Assembly: GCA_035310525.1 (NCBI GenBank)
Contig: DATGED010000090.1
Span: 1,336-65,335 of the forward strand
DNA: 64,000 nt
Source of the DNA: Candidatus Acidiferrum sp.
Lineage (GTDB): Bacteria; Acidobacteriota; Terriglobia; Acidiferrales; UBA7541
Direction: 5' to 3'
Positions 9,612 to 19,139 of this stretch are shown piece after piece (position 1 is the stretch's first letter; the number at the start of each line of letters is the position of its first letter). A program made the translations under genes and the position numbers. The notes under the pieces were generated by a model that was not told where the DNA came from, searched no databases, and saw only the letters and a list, made by a program, of their open reading frames with translations.

Positions 9612-11282
9612 ATGTCCGGGAATGGTTCGACGCGAGCGAGGGTGCTTAGACTGGACGGAAGGGACAACGCCCTCGTTGCGCTGACTGATTTGCGCAAGGC
9701 CGAAATCGTCAGCTTGTCTGGCGAGAATCACACACTTTTGTCCGATGTTCCTGCCAAGCATAAATTTCTCGCGCAAGATGTAGCCGCCGGCGGCGACATC
9801 ATCATGTATGGACTGCTGGTGGGCAAGGCCGTCGAAAGCCTCCGCCGCGGTGAGCTGCTAACGACACGCAACATCCGTCATGCTGCCGCGTCTTTTCACG
9901 AAGCGGAGACCGCCGCTCCGCGTTGGATCCCTCCCGATATCAGTTCCTGGCAGAACAAACGCTTCCTCGGGTTTTACAGGGACGATGGCCAGGTAGGTTC
10001 GCGAAACTACTGGCTGGTGCTTCCACTCGTATTTTGCGAAAACCGGAATCTCGGCGTCCTCAAACAAGCCTTCGAAGAGGAATTGGGTTTTGCAGCTCCT
10101 CAGATTTACCGGCGTCAAGTTGCGGAGATGGCTCGACTCTATCGAGAGGGCAAATCGGGGGAACTGAAGTCAGTCCCATTCGGAGAGCTGCAACGCGCAG
10201 GCGGCGCCCCGAAGCTTTTTCAAAATATTGACGGCATTAAGTTTTTGTTGCATGAGGCCGGTTGCGGGGGCACGCACGAAGATGCGAGAAACCTCTGCGG
10301 ACTGTTGGCGGGGTATATCCACCACCCTAACGTCGCCGGCGCGACGGTATTGAGCCTCGGTTGCCAGCATGCGCAAGTTCCCATGCTGCTGGAGGAAATC
10401 AAGCGGCGCGACCCGAATTTCAAAAAGCCCTTGCTTATCTTTGAGCAACAGAAAAGTCCCTCCGAAGCCGCGATGATGAGCCGGGCCATCCGCGAGACAT
10501 TTCTGGGGATGGCGGAAGCAGACAACATCACACGGCAGCCGGCTCCACTCTCGAAACTGACCGTAGCGTTGCAATGCGGAGGTTCAGACGGTTTTTCTGG
10601 GCTATCCGCAAATCCTGCGATCGGACACACAGCGGATCTCGTGGCAGCGCTCGGAGGCACGGGCATACTTTCCGAGTTTCCCGAACTGTGCGGCGTCGAA
10701 CAACAATTGATCGATCGATGCGTCCGCAAGGAAGTGGCGGACCGGTTTGCAAAGATGATGAGAGATTACGCTGCCCGCGCCAAGGCTGTGTTCGCGAGCT
10801 TCGAGATGAATCCTTCGCCGGGAAATATTCGCGATGGTTTATTGACGGATGCGATGAAATCAGCAGGCGCAGCGAAGAAAGGCGGAACGTCTCCCGTGAC
10901 GGCCGCGCTCGACTATCCGGAGTACGCCACACAGCCGGGATTGAATCTGCACTGCACTCCGGGGAACGACGTAGAGAGCGTTTCCGCTCAGGTGGGCGCC
11001 GGCGCGAATATCGTTCTCTTCACCACGGGATTGGGAACTCCAACCGGCAATCCCATTGCTCCCGTGCTTAAAATCGCAACCAACACAAATCTGGCGCAAC
11101 GCATGTCCGACATCATTGATCTCGACGCGGGCAGCATAATCACCGGCGAAACGAGCATCGAGAAAATGGGAGAAGAGATTCTCGGACGCGTTATCCAAGT
11201 GGCGAGCGGGGAGGCACGCACGAAGGCGGAACTTCTCTCTCAAGACGACTTCATTCCCTGGAAACGCGGAGTCTCACTCTGA
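9612..11282 (+). CDS. uxaA: UxaA-family (altronate-type) sugar acid dehydratase
   Basis: N-terminal SAF domain (DNALVAL, AKHKF), G.RNY, HPNVAG, LGCQ, CGGSDGFSG, NPSPGN..DGL, FTTGLGTP. Confidence 0.88.
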   Translation: MSGNGSTRARVLRLDGRDNALVALTDLRKAEIVSLSGENHTLLSDVPAKHKFLAQDVAAGGDIIMYGLLVGKAVESLRRGELLTTRNIRHAAASFHEAETAAPRWIPPDISSWQNKRFLGFYRDDGQVGSRNYWLVLPLVFCENRNLGVLKQAFEEELGFAAPQIYRRQVAEMARLYREGKSGELKSVPFGELQRAGGAPKLFQNIDGIKFLLHEAGCGGTHEDARNLCGLLAGYIHHPNVAGATVLSLGCQHAQVPMLLEEIKRRDPNFKKPLLIFEQQKSPSEAAMMSRAIRETFLGMAEADNITRQPAPLSKLTVALQCGGSDGFSGLSANPAIGHTADLVAALGGTGILSEFPELCGVEQQLIDRCVRKEVADRFAKMMRDYAARAKAVFASFEMNPSPGNIRDGLLTDAMKSAGAAKKGGTSPVTAALDYPEYATQPGLNLHCTPGNDVESVSAQVGAGANIVLFTTGLGTPTGNPIAPVLKIATNTNLAQRMSDIIDLDAGSIITGETSIEKMGEEILGRVIQVASGEARTKAELLSQDDFIPWKRGVSL

Positions 11283-11301
11283 AGATGGATCGATATCAGC
11301 C

Positions 11302-12342
11302 GTGAGAGCGCTTCTGCTTTCGGAGTACAAGCATCTGGAAGTTGCGGAAGTTCCGGAGCCTGTTCCCGGCCGAGGCGACGTGCTCATCAGCGTAGCGGCT
11401 TGCGGTATTTGCGGCAGCGACGTTCACGGCTATGACGGCTCCTCCGGCCGACGCATTCCCCCGATTGTGATGGGGCACGAAGCCGCGGGGACGATTGCCG
11501 CGCTTGGCGCCGGAGTGACGGGATATTCGCGAGGCGACCGGGTCACGTTCGACTCGACCATCTTCTGCGGCGCTTGCAATAACTGCCGCCGGGGCGACGT
11601 CAATCTCTGCGACCACCGCCAGGTGCTTGGCGTTTCCTGCAATGAGTATCGCCGCGCAGGCGCCTTCGCCGAGTTTGTTGCCGTTCCCGCACGCATTCTT
11701 TATCGTTTGCCCGAGACTCTTTCTTTCACAGAAGCGGCGATGCTCGAGGCGGTGTCTGTTGCCCTGCATGGTGTTTACCTGGCGCAAACCGCGGCGGACA
11801 GCAAAGTCCTCGTGATTGGCGCGGGAATGATCGGGCTGCTCACGATGCAGGCTTTGCGCGCCGCAGGATGCAAAAGCGTGTATGTGGCGGATTTGGACGG
11901 AACGAGACTCAAACTAGCTCAATCACTCGGTGCGACCGCCATTTTGGCTTCGAATGCAAATCTAGCTGAGCGAGTCCTGCAACTCACCGGAGGAGTTGGC
12001 GCAGACGTAGTGATAGAAGCCGTAGGCAGAAACGAGACGGTGAATGCGAGTATCGATAGTGTCCGCAAGGGAGGAACGGTCGTCCTGGTTGGCAACATTG
12101 TTCCGGAGGTGACTCTGCCCCTGCAGAAGGTTGTCACGAGGCAAATCCGGTTGCAGGGCTCCTGCGCTTCCGCCGGGGAATATCCGCGTGCGATCGAGCT
12201 GCTGGCAAGCGGGGCGATCCAAGTCAAACCGTTGATTTCGGCCATCGCCCCACTCGAGGATGGACCGGGCTGGTTCGAAAGACTCTATGCGCAAGAGCCC
12301 AACCTGATGAAAGTCATCCTCGCTCCGGAGAGAGTTGAGTGA
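11302..12342 (+). CDS. Zn-dependent sugar/sugar-acid dehydrogenase (MDR; GatD/IdnD/LgoD-like)
   Basis: CGICGSD, GHE, structural Zn C-x2-C-x2-C-x7-C, GAGMIG. Confidence 0.9.
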   Translation: MRALLLSEYKHLEVAEVPEPVPGRGDVLISVAACGICGSDVHGYDGSSGRRIPPIVMGHEAAGTIAALGAGVTGYSRGDRVTFDSTIFCGACNNCRRGDVNLCDHRQVLGVSCNEYRRAGAFAEFVAVPARILYRLPETLSFTEAAMLEAVSVALHGVYLAQTAADSKVLVIGAGMIGLLTMQALRAAGCKSVYVADLDGTRLKLAQSLGATAILASNANLAERVLQLTGGVGADVVIEAVGRNETVNASIDSVRKGGTVVLVGNIVPEVTLPLQKVVTRQIRLQGSCASAGEYPRAIELLASGAIQVKPLISAIAPLEDGPGWFERLYAQEPNLMKVILAPERVE

Positions 12343-13136
12343 GCGGCGATCTTTTCGACCTTGGCGGCCGCGTCGCGCTCGTCACCGGCACCAGCCGTGG
12401 ACTTGGGCAGTACATGGCTCGCGCACTCGCAAAGGCAGGCGCCGATCTCGTCTTGACGAGCCGCGACGTGAGTCGCTTATCTTCTTTCGAAACGGAAATG
12501 AGAGCGCTGGGCCGCCGAACCGTTTCCGTGGAGCTGGACGTGCGTCGTCAGGACAGCATCGAGAAAGCGGTGGCCACGGCGGAGGCGGCTTTCGGTCATC
12601 TCGACATTCTCGTGAACAATGCCGGGTGGAATGTGCGCAAGCCGGCGCTGGAAGTAACGTGGGATGACTGGAATCAGATCCTTGAAACCAATCTACGCGG
12701 CAGCTTCTTCGTTTCGCAAGCCGTTGCGCGCGGAATGATCGCGCGGGGTTACGGACGCATCATCAACATTGGATCCGTCACCAGCGTCGCAGGTTACGCA
12801 GGACTGGCGCCGTACGGCGCGAGTCGCGGCGGCATCAAGCAATTGACGATGAGCCTCGCGGACGATTGGGGCAAGCACGGAATCACGGTAAATTGCCTGG
12901 CGCCGGGATGGTTTCGCACGGATCAGAATAAGGTGCTTTACGAAAACAAGGAGTGGGTCGAATATCTTTGTGAACGGATCCCACTGAAACGCCCCGGGCA
13001 GCCGCAAGACTTGGATGGCGCCGTGGTATTTCTCGCGGCTGAGTCCAGCCGGTACATAACGGGGCAAACGCTACTCGTGGACGGTGGCATTTCCACGGGT
13101 GCGACACGTGCGATGACCAGCAGCGGAAAAGTCTAG
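12339..13136 (+). CDS. SDR oxidoreductase, gluconate 5-dehydrogenase/KduD-like
   Basis: TGTSRGLG, NNAG, catalytic Ser (IGSV), YGASR instead of YxxxK, PGWF.T; GTGA overlap with the upstream gene. Confidence 0.88.
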   Translation: MSGDLFDLGGRVALVTGTSRGLGQYMARALAKAGADLVLTSRDVSRLSSFETEMRALGRRTVSVELDVRRQDSIEKAVATAEAAFGHLDILVNNAGWNVRKPALEVTWDDWNQILETNLRGSFFVSQAVARGMIARGYGRIINIGSVTSVAGYAGLAPYGASRGGIKQLTMSLADDWGKHGITVNCLAPGWFRTDQNKVLYENKEWVEYLCERIPLKRPGQPQDLDGAVVFLAAESSRYITGQTLLVDGGISTGATRAMTSSGKV

Positions 13137-13172
13137 CGGACATACCAAGGAGCGAGACGAGGAGCGTAGAAT

Positions 13173-14276
13173 ATGCATGACAGATTCTGTTCGAGCGCCC
13201 AATTGGGCCGAGTCCTCGGTGGAGTTGTACTTACGGCTGCGCTTGGCGGACTCGCAGGTATCACGTACCCATGGGTTACGCGTGCATCGTCCGCACCCGC
13301 GCCGCCCAAAGCGGTGCAAATGTTTTTTGTCGACGTCGAGGGCGGACAAGCCACGCTCATCGTTACCTCCGAGGATAAGTCGCTGCTGATCGACACAGGG
13401 TGGCCGGACAACAACGGCCGCGATGCCGATCGAATTGTGGCTGCGGCCAAGCTGGCTGGTATCACGAAGATCGATCTTGTACTGCTAACTCATTATCACC
13501 AGGATCATGCGGGAGGCGTGGAGCAGCTCGCGGCAAAATTCCCACTGGGGACTTTTATCGATCACGGAGAAAACCGCGAGGCTCCGGACTCAGGTACCGG
13601 GGAAGCGTTTCGGGACTATCAAGCCTTACTCGCAAGAGACAATCACAAACGGATAATTGCCAAACCGGGCGACGATTTGCCCCTCGGTGGTATACGAGCA
13701 ACGGTCGTAAGCGCGGATGGCGCGGTGATCGACAAACCCCTTCCCGGCGCGGGAGAAGAAAATCCCACCTGCAATACTTCCGGGCCAAGTCCCGCGGACC
13801 CATCCGAAAACGCCCGCTCGCTTGGAGTGATGTTCAGTTTTGGCAGGGTGCGTATCCTGGATTTGGGCGACCTGACCTCAGACAAAGAGCGGCTGCTCAT
13901 GTGTCCGATGAACAAGCTCGGCAAAATCGACGTGCTGGTCGTATCACACCACGGCTCGCTAACGAGTAGCAGCCCGGCGCTACTCAATGGGATCGCCCCG
14001 CGTGTGGCCATCATGGACAACGGTGCAACGAAGGGCGGCGCACCTCTGTCCTGGGACACGATTGAGAAATCGCCCCGGCTTGAGGACTTGTGGCAACTCC
14101 ATTACTCGAATGAAGGCGGAGCCACGCACAACGCGGCCGAGTCTTTCATCGCCAATCTTAGAGGCCCGGACGCCGGAAACTATCTCAAACTGACGGTCTC
14201 ACTCGACGGAAGCTTCGACGTTTACAATGCAAGAACGCAAGCGACGAAACATTACCCACCTGGCGCGACCCGTTGA
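13173..14276 (+). CDS. Secreted ComEC/Rec2-like metallo-beta-lactamase-fold hydrolase
   Basis: VDVEGGQA, LIDTG, THYHQDH, ENARS, LGDL, SHHGS; N-terminal hydrophobic segment. Confidence 0.82.
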   Translation: MHDRFCSSAQLGRVLGGVVLTAALGGLAGITYPWVTRASSAPAPPKAVQMFFVDVEGGQATLIVTSEDKSLLIDTGWPDNNGRDADRIVAAAKLAGITKIDLVLLTHYHQDHAGGVEQLAAKFPLGTFIDHGENREAPDSGTGEAFRDYQALLARDNHKRIIAKPGDDLPLGGIRATVVSADGAVIDKPLPGAGEENPTCNTSGPSPADPSENARSLGVMFSFGRVRILDLGDLTSDKERLLMCPMNKLGKIDVLVVSHHGSLTSSSPALLNGIAPRVAIMDNGATKGGAPLSWDTIEKSPRLEDLWQLHYSNEGGATHNAAESFIANLRGPDAGNYLKLTVSLDGSFDVYNARTQATKHYPPGATR

Positions 14277-14294
14277 AGATCGGAATCCAGCCAA

Positions 14295-15602
14295 TCAGGC
14301 GGGTTCCGGCACAGGCTGCATTTCTCCGAGCAGGAAAATGTATGCGGCAATGCTGACCAGGAGAATCGCAGTGGCGGCCACGAAGGCCCAAGCGAAAGAA
14401 CGAGTGGTTTGCACGACGTAGCCCGTTACAATCGGCGCCGCGATCGCCGCGAGCTGATTGCTAAAATTCAGGATTCCGCCCACCGTGCCGACGCTCTCTT
14501 TCGGAGCTATCAAAGAAGGAATCGACCACCCGACCGGCGAGGCGGCGGACAATCCACCGATCGAAAGGCTAATCCAGAAGAGAGCGCCCGAGGCACTTTG
14601 CGCATTCGCTGCGCCGAGAATGCCAAGTCCGAGTGTGGTGCCCCCGATCAGCACCACCTGACGCACGCGAACGGAACTCCAGCCGCGCTGAATGAGGGCA
14701 TCAACCAGCCAACCTCCAACTATGAGATCGGTCAAAGTCGCAATCAGCCAGGGGACGCTTGTGTATGCGACGGAGTGCAGTAGATCAACATGCTGAACGG
14801 CTAGAAAATAGGAAGGAAGCCAGGTCAAGAGAAGGTAGAAGGTGTAGTTGTATCCCGCGAAGCCCAACGCCAAACCACACACTCTTCGCTGGCGTAGCAG
14901 ATACCACAAGGGCGCTCCCCTGGACGCTCTCAAGCGGTCTTCCGGCTGGGCTCCGCCTTTGGCGATGAATTCGCGCTCTGCTTGCGAAAGCCCACGATCC
15001 TCGCCCGGGTTGCGGTAGAAAGCGTAGAACAAAGCGAAATAGAGCAGGCTGATGAAACCCGTGGAAGCAAAACTCCATCGCCAGCCGAAATGCAGAAGCA
15101 GAACTCCAAGCAGCGGAACACCAATCGCCGAGGAGAGCTTGGCCATGGAATCAAAGATGGCCGTTGCGAGGCTGCGTTCCTGTTTGGGGAACCAGTAGCC
15201 GATGGCTTTGGAGTTGGCGGGAAACGTTGGAGCTTCCCCGATTCCCAGCAGCAGGCGAGCTCCGAGGAATCCGCCGATGCCTGTGGAAAGAGCAGCGCCG
15301 AAGGAAGCCAAAGCCCAGAGACCTGTGCTGATGCATCCAACACGCCGCACGCCAAACTTGTCCAGTAAAAGGCCGGAAGGAAGCTGTAGGGCGGCGTAGG
15401 TCCAATTGTAGGCGCTCGATAAATAGCCAAACGTCACGGCAGAAATCCCAAACGCTGTGTCGAGCGCTTCCCGGGAGACGGAAAGATTCACGCGATCGAA
15501 GTAGTTGACGAGTACGCCGAATCCAAGCAAACAGGCAATCGCCCATCTACGCCGGGGAACATTATGCATCTCTGAGAATGCGGGCTCCAAAATGTCCGGC
15601 AT
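14295..15602 (-). CDS. MFS transporter, anion:cation symporter (DgoT/ExuT-like) family
   Basis: NYFDRVNLSV, LDKFGVRR, GIGEAPTFP, WFPKQER, GWRWSF. Confidence 0.9.
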   Translation of the reverse strand: MPDILEPAFSEMHNVPRRRWAIACLLGFGVLVNYFDRVNLSVSREALDTAFGISAVTFGYLSSAYNWTYAALQLPSGLLLDKFGVRRVGCISTGLWALASFGAALSTGIGGFLGARLLLGIGEAPTFPANSKAIGYWFPKQERSLATAIFDSMAKLSSAIGVPLLGVLLLHFGWRWSFASTGFISLLYFALFYAFYRNPGEDRGLSQAEREFIAKGGAQPEDRLRASRGAPLWYLLRQRRVCGLALGFAGYNYTFYLLLTWLPSYFLAVQHVDLLHSVAYTSVPWLIATLTDLIVGGWLVDALIQRGWSSVRVRQVVLIGGTTLGLGILGAANAQSASGALFWISLSIGGLSAASPVGWSIPSLIAPKESVGTVGGILNFSNQLAAIAAPIVTGYVVQTTRSFAWAFVAATAILLVSIAAYIFLLGEMQPVPEPA

Positions 15603-15868
15603 AGAAATATTTTCTTGAGCTGACTCCGCCAGGAATTAGCGCAAACTCGTGCACAAAACGCCGCGGCGAGTATCCCACAAGAGCGCAGCAATTGTGGTCG
15701 TTTTCTCTCTTCCAGGATGGGATGAATACCTGATTCAGGCGCGGAAATGAGCAGCAATATCTGAAGTGCAGACTTGCTCCACCTTCGCCGCACGAAGTAC
15801 ACTACGCCGTCTTCCGCCCCCGATTGGGCGAGCAAAGTCCGAATCCTCGGATTTCAGGGGTAATCAAA

Positions 15869-16813
15869 ATGAATCTATTCTCGACTCGACGCGACTTTCT
15901 TCGAACCACGGCTTTTGCCGGTGCCGCGCTACTGGGGCCGCGCTCGGCATTCAGCAAGAAGAAGAAATCTGTCCTATTGTTCACGAAATCCTCGGGCTTC
16001 GAACATGCGGTCATCAAAGTGACCGATGGCAAACCCAGCATCGTGGAAAACGCACTGCGCGAAATGTCCGCCAAGTATGGCTTCGACCTCACCGCGTCAA
16101 AGGACGGACGCATTTTCGATTCGAAAGAATTTCTTGATTACGCTGCTCTCGTCTTTTTCACCACAGGAGACCTCACCGAAGCGGGAACGGACAAGAATCC
16201 GCCGATGTCTCCCCAGGGGAAGCAAGCCTTTCTCGACGGGGTGCACAACGGCCTCGGCTTCGTAGGAATCCATGCCGGCACGGATACTTTTCATACGCCG
16301 CCTGATACTCCCGACCTCGCCAATCGCTATCTCGCTCACGGCGAGAAATCAGATCCGTATATCCGAATGATTGGAGGCGAGTTCATCATTCATGGCCAGA
16401 GCAAAGACCCTCGACTTCAGACGGCTAACGTCATTATTGATGACCCGAAGTTTCCCGGCCTCGAGGGCGCACACTCGCCGGTGAGTTTGATGGAGGAGTG
16501 GTATTCGATGAAGGACTTCGCGCCGGACCTTCACGTGATTTGCACGCTGGATACCTCGACGATGAACGGAAACGCATACAAGCGCGCGCCGTACCCGGTG
16601 GTGTGGGCGCGCATGGAAGGCCGAGGAAAAGTCTTCTACACGGCCATCGGCGATCGCTCCGAGAACTGGCAGAATGAGTTTCACCTGAATCTGCTCGCGG
16701 GAGGAATTCGCTGGGCGATTGGCGACGCCAAAGCCCAAGTGCCTCCCAATCTCAAGACCGCGGCCCCCGGCTACGCGGAGATTCCTCCCAAATATCCTCC
16801 GCCAGAGAAGTAG
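15869..16813 (+). CDS. ThuA-like (GATase-fold) protein with Tat signal
   Basis: TRRDFL twin-arginine leader; FTKSSGFEH, FFTTG, GFVGIH, EEWY, GKVFYT. Confidence 0.82.
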   Translation: MNLFSTRRDFLRTTAFAGAALLGPRSAFSKKKKSVLLFTKSSGFEHAVIKVTDGKPSIVENALREMSAKYGFDLTASKDGRIFDSKEFLDYAALVFFTTGDLTEAGTDKNPPMSPQGKQAFLDGVHNGLGFVGIHAGTDTFHTPPDTPDLANRYLAHGEKSDPYIRMIGGEFIIHGQSKDPRLQTANVIIDDPKFPGLEGAHSPVSLMEEWYSMKDFAPDLHVICTLDTSTMNGNAYKRAPYPVVWARMEGRGKVFYTAIGDRSENWQNEFHLNLLAGGIRWAIGDAKAQVPPNLKTAAPGYAEIPPKYPPPEK

Positions 16814-16834
16814 GGCGCTGCTTTGTGGGAGGCG

Positions 16835-18604
16835 TCAATTCCTGTCAGCGACGCTACGAGCTAGGATTTCCCCGGCGGGCAAGATGGAGTGCTCCTCGTC
16901 CGCGGTGGACTCCACGAAACGCGTCAAGTACAAGTCAATGGGTGTAACCTCAAAAGGAATTTTCTCGCGCGGGGAAATCGGTCCCACCTGTTTTGTCTTC
17001 AGCAAGCTGACACTGTCGTTCCAAGGATTGATCTTGATCCTGGAACCCATGGGGAGTGCGCCAATCTGTTGCAAGCTGGCGGGATCCAAAGGCGGCGCGG
17101 CCTGCAGCAATTGCGACGTGAAGTAGACATGATTTCCGAGGCGCGGGCTGATCAATTGTTTTAGCGCGTGTTCTTGAGACTGGAGTTGCGACAAGAATAA
17201 GCCCACGTTGGCAAGCTTGTTGCCGTAGGGAGATTTTTTCAACAACACCAGGGCCTTCTCGCTATTCTGCCGGGCTTCTTCCGCCGAGTCCGCGAAGGAC
17301 AGCTTTTTCAGGGCCTGAGTGGGCGTCAAGCGGAGGATGTCGCTGAATCCATACTGATCTTGTGCGGGCTTAGGGATCATCGCGTCCGCGAGTTCGAAGG
17401 CAAGCAATGCGGCAAGCGTTTCTTCGTTCGGAACAACGTCGATCAACCCCCGGCTCAACGCAATCGTATTCTGCATTGAGAACATCTCGAGATCACTGGT
17501 CATCAGCACGCGGCATTTGATTTCAACCCCGGGGGGAAAGTCGTTGGTCACCATAATGTTGTTAACGATGGTGTTCAGAACTTTTTCGACATTTCCCGGC
17601 GGGGCCGCAAGTCCCACGCGCTGTAGAACCTCGAACACATTCTGTTCCGAGAATTCCCGCCATCCGCGCTGCTGCTCCAGAGGGGAGCGGTCATTCTGAC
17701 CCGACTCATCTTTGATCTTACCTTCCGATTCGATGAGGAGGCGTCCAAGCTCTTCCTGTTGCGATTGGACCGCGAGCCCATAGCCCCAAAAATGCGTCCG
17801 CGCCTTGAATCTTGGCCCGCCCGTGGCCGTAGGCTGACTCAGCTCCTGACTGTAAATATCGCTGGGGAGCCAAAGGCCTGGTTTGACATTGGTGCGCCAC
17901 GAATCAAAGTGAAGGTAAAACTCGTCGTCGAACTGCTTCAGAGAGAAGTGTTTTTCCGGCGCGTAGATACCGCTCATTCGAACGATCGTAAAATCCTGGT
18001 CTTCCACCCAGATCCGCCCCTTAAACCGCGCGCCCTTCGCCTTAGGAGCGCGCACAACATTGAACACGTAACAGCGCACCTCTCCCAGAAACACGCGTGG
18101 GCTACCGCTGTCGGGAGGGGTGAGCCGATAGTGCTGATCGTCAAAACCGCCAAAATCTAGAAAAGCCATTTGCAGGAATCCGGCAGGCTCAAACTCCCAC
18201 ATGATCGAACCCTTATGGGTGCGTTCCATCATCGAGCGAACTTTCATCGACTTCCCGTTAAAATCGGCGATACCCAGAAAATACAGATCGCTCTTGGGGA
18301 CAGTTCCCATCACGGGATGAGATTTTTCAATCTGGATGTAAGTTTCCACAATCGGCGAGTAGCTCGAGATGATTTCTAATTGCTCCTTCTCCCGCTTGAA
18401 TACGCGGGCGATAATCTCATTCAGCTTTTGAGCGGGAGCGGCAGTCTGCGCGGGGTCGGGGAGAATTTCGGAGCTCGGTTGTTTCCGCAGGCCAAGGGAA
18501 TTCCATAGTTCCGCGGAAAACGGCCTAATCATATATCCGGTGATTCCAGCATGCATGCAAACGAGGCAGCCGATAACTTCTGAGAGAAAGATTCTACGTT
18601 GCAT
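16835..18604 (-). CDS. Secreted protein with a C-terminal M48-peptidase-like domain whose zinc motif is degenerate
   Basis: F.GRIWVEDQDFTIVR N-terminal domain; M48-like ALSRGLIDVVPNEETLAALLA followed by FELAD where HExxH is expected. Confidence 0.65.
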   Translation of the reverse strand: MQRRIFLSEVIGCLVCMHAGITGYMIRPFSAELWNSLGLRKQPSSEILPDPAQTAAPAQKLNEIIARVFKREKEQLEIISSYSPIVETYIQIEKSHPVMGTVPKSDLYFLGIADFNGKSMKVRSMMERTHKGSIMWEFEPAGFLQMAFLDFGGFDDQHYRLTPPDSGSPRVFLGEVRCYVFNVVRAPKAKGARFKGRIWVEDQDFTIVRMSGIYAPEKHFSLKQFDDEFYLHFDSWRTNVKPGLWLPSDIYSQELSQPTATGGPRFKARTHFWGYGLAVQSQQEELGRLLIESEGKIKDESGQNDRSPLEQQRGWREFSEQNVFEVLQRVGLAAPPGNVEKVLNTIVNNIMVTNDFPPGVEIKCRVLMTSDLEMFSMQNTIALSRGLIDVVPNEETLAALLAFELADAMIPKPAQDQYGFSDILRLTPTQALKKLSFADSAEEARQNSEKALVLLKKSPYGNKLANVGLFLSQLQSQEHALKQLISPRLGNHVYFTSQLLQAAPPLDPASLQQIGALPMGSRIKINPWNDSVSLLKTKQVGPISPREKIPFEVTPIDLYLTRFVESTADEEHSILPAGEILARSVADRN

Positions 18605-19139
18605 TCTGACCTCTCAAACAGGGGACGCCAGTGTGAAAACTGCGGCACACCCCGGCTGAATGAAAATGCACGTCCGGCGCCAGAAGCGCACCGGGAGAGG
18701 AGGATTTCGAATCGGAGAACTATTCTTTGAAGAATCTAATGCTTACTGCGAGGATGTTCTCAACCTCCAGTAGGACGGCATGAGTACAAACTGTGGCTCT
18801 CATTCCCAAAATGGTTCGAACTCCACAGATTTCGACCCAAAATGAAACGGCAGTAAGATGTAGTGTCAGCTCTGAAGGTGTATGAGGGCTGGGCCAAAGT
18901 CGCCTCATTCTTCAAGCAAGCCTTACAGCGATAACCCCATCCTTCGCCATCCACTCGGTATATTCGCAAGCATTTGGTGCCATCGAAGACCTGTGGACTG
19001 ACGGGTCTTGGGGACTGAGCGCATGTCAGCGCTTTATCTCAATAAGCTTCAAGGTCAAGTCTATGCAGACGCCGTTCATGAGTTTTCCTTGCTTAGACAG
19101 TTCGACTAATACGACGCTTTCCAAAGGCGGGACCAAATC

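Noticed and set aside
13173-14276. Beta-lactamase or competence gene call
   Set aside because: Only the generic MBL fold is supported; no ComEC membrane domain and no class B beta-lactamase-specific features
18720-18969. Small ORFs of 62 and 69 aa
   Set aside because: No clear RBS, atypical composition, no motif
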